This document shows positions 60,600-64,000 of a stretch of DNA of 64,000 bases, piece after piece. The stretch is taken from assembly GCA_015680685.1 (NCBI GenBank), contig MNCI01002026.1, positions 1 to 64,000 on the forward strand. Reading direction: 5' to 3'. The DNA comes from Gnetum montanum (lineage: Eukaryota > Plantae > Gnetophyta). Every line of letters starts with the position of its first letter. Position 1 is the stretch's first letter. The translations under genes and the position numbers were made by a program. The notes under the pieces are model-generated. The model made no database searches, was not told the DNA's origin, and worked only from the letters and a program-made list of their open reading frames with translations.

Positions 60600-63500
60600 T
60601 CCGTTCCACCACAATAAAAATTGTGGCTAATACAGCCATGTTATGCATCTCCCTTCTCACCACTATCTCCCATATCTCCCAGCTCAACCTCTACTTTGAG
60701 GAAATCATCCTCATAAGGGCCATCCTTTTCATGAGGGATCTCTTCATGAGGGCGGTCCTCCTTGTGAGGCTCTTCAGTAGGGGGTTTCTCGCCATGGTAT
60801 TGACTATCTTCATTACGCTCTACTTCCTATAGACCCTTCTCATGAGGACCGCCTCCTTTGTTAGATTCATCTTGCTGAGGATTCTCCTCAGGTCGTTCTT
60901 GCGATCAGACATGACACACATATTAACATTGCCATCAAAACTAGGTATTAAAAAAACACAATAACACTATGACTTACCTGTGATGGTTCTGCATTGGTAG
61001 CAAAATGGATTTGTTCTAGGCCAACCCATAGAAATTGCATAATTTCGTCCTCGGTAAGCTCAGACCAAACCCCATCCCCTAGATTAGCTTCGGTCTTGAC
61101 CTTCCCCTTCTCCATAGGAGTCCATCGAGATGGTTCAGGGAAGAAAGAAGGGATGGTAGTCTCACCCCTAGGAAGTGTCATTTCCATTTTCGGAGAGGCA
61201 CTCACCATCACTTGCTCCTAGAACTTCTCAAATGCTCTAGAAGCACCAATGACGTCAAGAAATAGCCGAAGGGACTGAGCCTCAATGGCAGAATCCCTGT
61301 AACATTGAAGATAGGTAGTTCTTTCCCGTTTATAGACATGTTTATGGTCTTTCTGCATCTACCCCCATTCTTGGACACTCACGCTAAAGTCCTTCCAGTC
61401 TTGGTTTTTCTGAGCTAGGAGATCCATCTACATTCGTTGCTTGCCCAATTCACAGTTGGTCTAGACATTGTTCCTGATGATCATCCAATAACGGGCATAG
61501 TCAACAACAGCTGTCCGCAAGTCCTCATTGTTAGTTCCCTAGGCCTACAGGAATTCGTTCTGCAACCTCAAATCCCCAACCTCGTCACTTAGAGCCACCT
61601 TCTCCTTTTCTAACCTTTGCAGTCTCTTCCAAAGGTCTTCATTCATGTTTTGACATTCCCATAAGGAGTGAGTCAAGCGTACAGCACATTTATGCATCTC
61701 TTCGTAAATGTTGCGTGGCACGATGGTCACTTCTGATGGATGTTCGGTGGTGTCTAAGTCAATAGGCTCTGACGAATCCTATCTAAGGCAAACTCCTAGT
61801 AACATAAAATGGTGGTTAGGCATAATTAGGTAGCATAATTCCATGATGTAATAACCCTTGCGTAATGATCATAATGTACCAGCTTTAGGATCGACTCACT
61901 CTAAGCGACTGATCATATCGTTGACGACACCTTCCATAAAGGTGAATTTATCCGAAAATTTGCCCTAAGATTGGGTTGCCACTATTGATAAGTGTATGCT
62001 CTGATCACCTATTATACAAGATAAATTACATGTGAAGACATAAATGAGGTGTTATGATGACTAATAAAACCTCCAGAAGTAGTAGCATAAAGTTTACCAT
62101 TCGACCAAAGTTAATTTCAACGAATGAAAAACCACTTACCTTTTCCAGTCCCAACCGAAAGTACTTCGGCATCCTCCGTTGCTACTTCCTCTTCATACAT
62201 AGGAACCTACACACCGCTTACCTTATTGGCTGAGGCATTTTTTTCCAAGGCCAGGGCCCCTTCCTCACGCTGTAAAACCATAGCCCCTATTTCAGGGGTC
62301 AACTGCTCCACAACCTTCTCCTTCGTTGTCATATGACATAGTTAGTTAACATAGGATTTCACTCTTGCTCAACAAACATTGCACTACGTAACAACATCTT
62401 TACACAACATAACTATAACCATTAATATGTTTCACTACTTACCAGCTGGAGGATTGCTCCTCTGAAATCTAACCTGCATCTTCTTCCCCACACCACCCGT
62501 TGGCTCGGTAGGTTCCTCGGTCAAACAAGGCTTCTTTCGTTGCACTGATGAATCCACTATTTTAGCCACCAGGCACTTCCCCCTGGAGACATCACTGGTC
62601 TAAGAGGAAAGTGCCCCACCCATGCTTTCTTGACACTGCATTCGAGGTGCCACCATATTTTTAGTCATTACTAATAATGACTCCCCGATTCCTTCAAGAG
62701 GGTCTTGCGATCAGGTAGTGCCAAAAACATGGGAGATCCATGGTTTGGAAATATGGCTGTGGTCTTGTTGCACCTAGACCCCATTCCTTTGGACTACCAA
62801 AAATTTTGCAAAATGCTAGAAGCAAGCTATGAAGAAGGAAAAATGCACATTGAAACGGGACTCAAGCTTCTTGTGAAGCCTGACCATTTCAACGTGTAAG
62901 CCTTCAACAAAATAGCTCGCCTAATTGAACCGAGTCCCCTCCTCCATGACCTCTCGCATAATCCGTGCTTGTTCTATGGTGAGGAATCTCCCTTGCAAGA
63001 GTGTCTTGGGGAAGGTCCAAGCTCGAAAAAGGGGGTAAATAGTATTGGCCCCCTCCAACACAATCCTGTCAGCAGGGATCCCCTTAGCCTCCTTCTTAAC
63101 CCCTAGCCACTCCTCTATCTCTTGCTGGTACTTGGAACTCCTCTTTGACTTTTCCTCTATGGGAAAGCCATTGGAGGGAACGCCAAAGAGATCGAAAAAC
63201 ACTTGAACATCTATATCAAAATTCACATGCACATTACACACGCGTATGCAGAGACACTCAGCCTCTCCGTTGAAGGAGTTGACTAGGGTCAACATTTCAC
63301 CCGCAGTAACATTAGGGGTTATGGCCAAGAATAGGTCCATCAGTCTAGCCTCCTAAAGGTTATTGGTTAACACAAGTAGAGCTACTCTATGACCAAGCCA
63401 GCATTGTGTCTCCTTTATATCACCATAAAAAAAGAAGAGACTATTTGCCTTGCGGCCAGAGGCCATGATCGTAATTTCCTGTGATTCCCTGACTGCTAAC

Positions 63501-64000
63501 ATAAAACAATAGTTAAGCCAAGGTAACAAAAATGAGACAACTTCATACATCATCACTAGCTAATAACATTGATACAATTCATCATCATAATAAGGTTTAC
63601 CAGGTCTAAATGGTAAAGGAAATGGAGGAATTTTCCTTTGCACGTCTGCGATGGTGAGGGGAGGATCCAAAGTCCACTCCCCATCTAGCCATCTAGGTTT
63701 TTTGCATCTAGAAAAGAAGTTGGCATAGCAGGTAGGGTATTCTAGGATTTCAAATGCTAGTTATCCGATGACACTAGCCCGTACGTTGTTGATAGAAGTA
63801 AATTCCCTTATAGCCCTTTCGGTCAATGACAATGTATCGTTATCGCCCAGGAGACCACTATCATTGATGAAGAATCTATATCACAGAAGATAGAAAAATT
63901 CTTTACGCTCAACGCAAATTTAAATAATAGTTAGCATATTGCAACACATCGAAAAGAAACAAAAAAAACTTACCTGCCTGCATAATGCACGGTACTAGGT
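60600..64000 (-). pseudogene. C antisense multi-exon gene, homologous to the A and B genes (5' part outside the window)
   Basis: MDLFLAITPN..LVNSFN..FFDLFGVP, YPLFRA..FPK, FN*ASYF.EGLH.EMVRL, IVPRNIYEEM..SLW, W..MEKGK. Donors at 63973, about 63600, 62442, 62139, 61879 and 60977. Confidence 0.88.

Larger units (their letters stand above)
54451..64000 (+). mobile_element. Element C: Tat-type Ty3/gypsy retrotransposon, 5' half
   Basis: LTR, PBS, gag-PR and antisense gene colinear with A; predicted TSD GGGGG (54446-54450); continues beyond the window. Confidence 0.9.

Overview
AT-rich, CG/CHG-depleted land-plant DNA made almost entirely of nested, decayed retroelements; no intact host gene is visible. 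Three divergent Ty3/gypsy Tat-type elements are present. A is complete (9875-28162, minus, TSD CTAGT). B is left-truncated (about 4763-45453, plus) and hosts both A and the non-autonomous Athila-like element D (31104-38238, TSD ATCCA). C starts at 54451 on the plus strand and runs off the window. The complete element A shows an unusual layout: gag-PR, then a multi-exon gene on the opposite strand, then RT-RH-aRH-INT. B and C show the matching halves of this layout. Manual translation of the antisense gene gives an FCP1/NIF-type (HAD, CTD-phosphatase-like) domain whose catalytic aspartates are replaced the same way in A and B, then a PMD/Transposase_32-like helical domain, a basic/acidic linker and a coiled coil. 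Its intron positions and phases are conserved across the three families. Each family also carries its own AGCGT-core motif arrays in the LTR, and in A and B also upstream of this gene. Copia-like remnants, a LINE 3' fragment and a PPR fragment fill the rest. All domain calls come from by-eye motif matching, not database searches.
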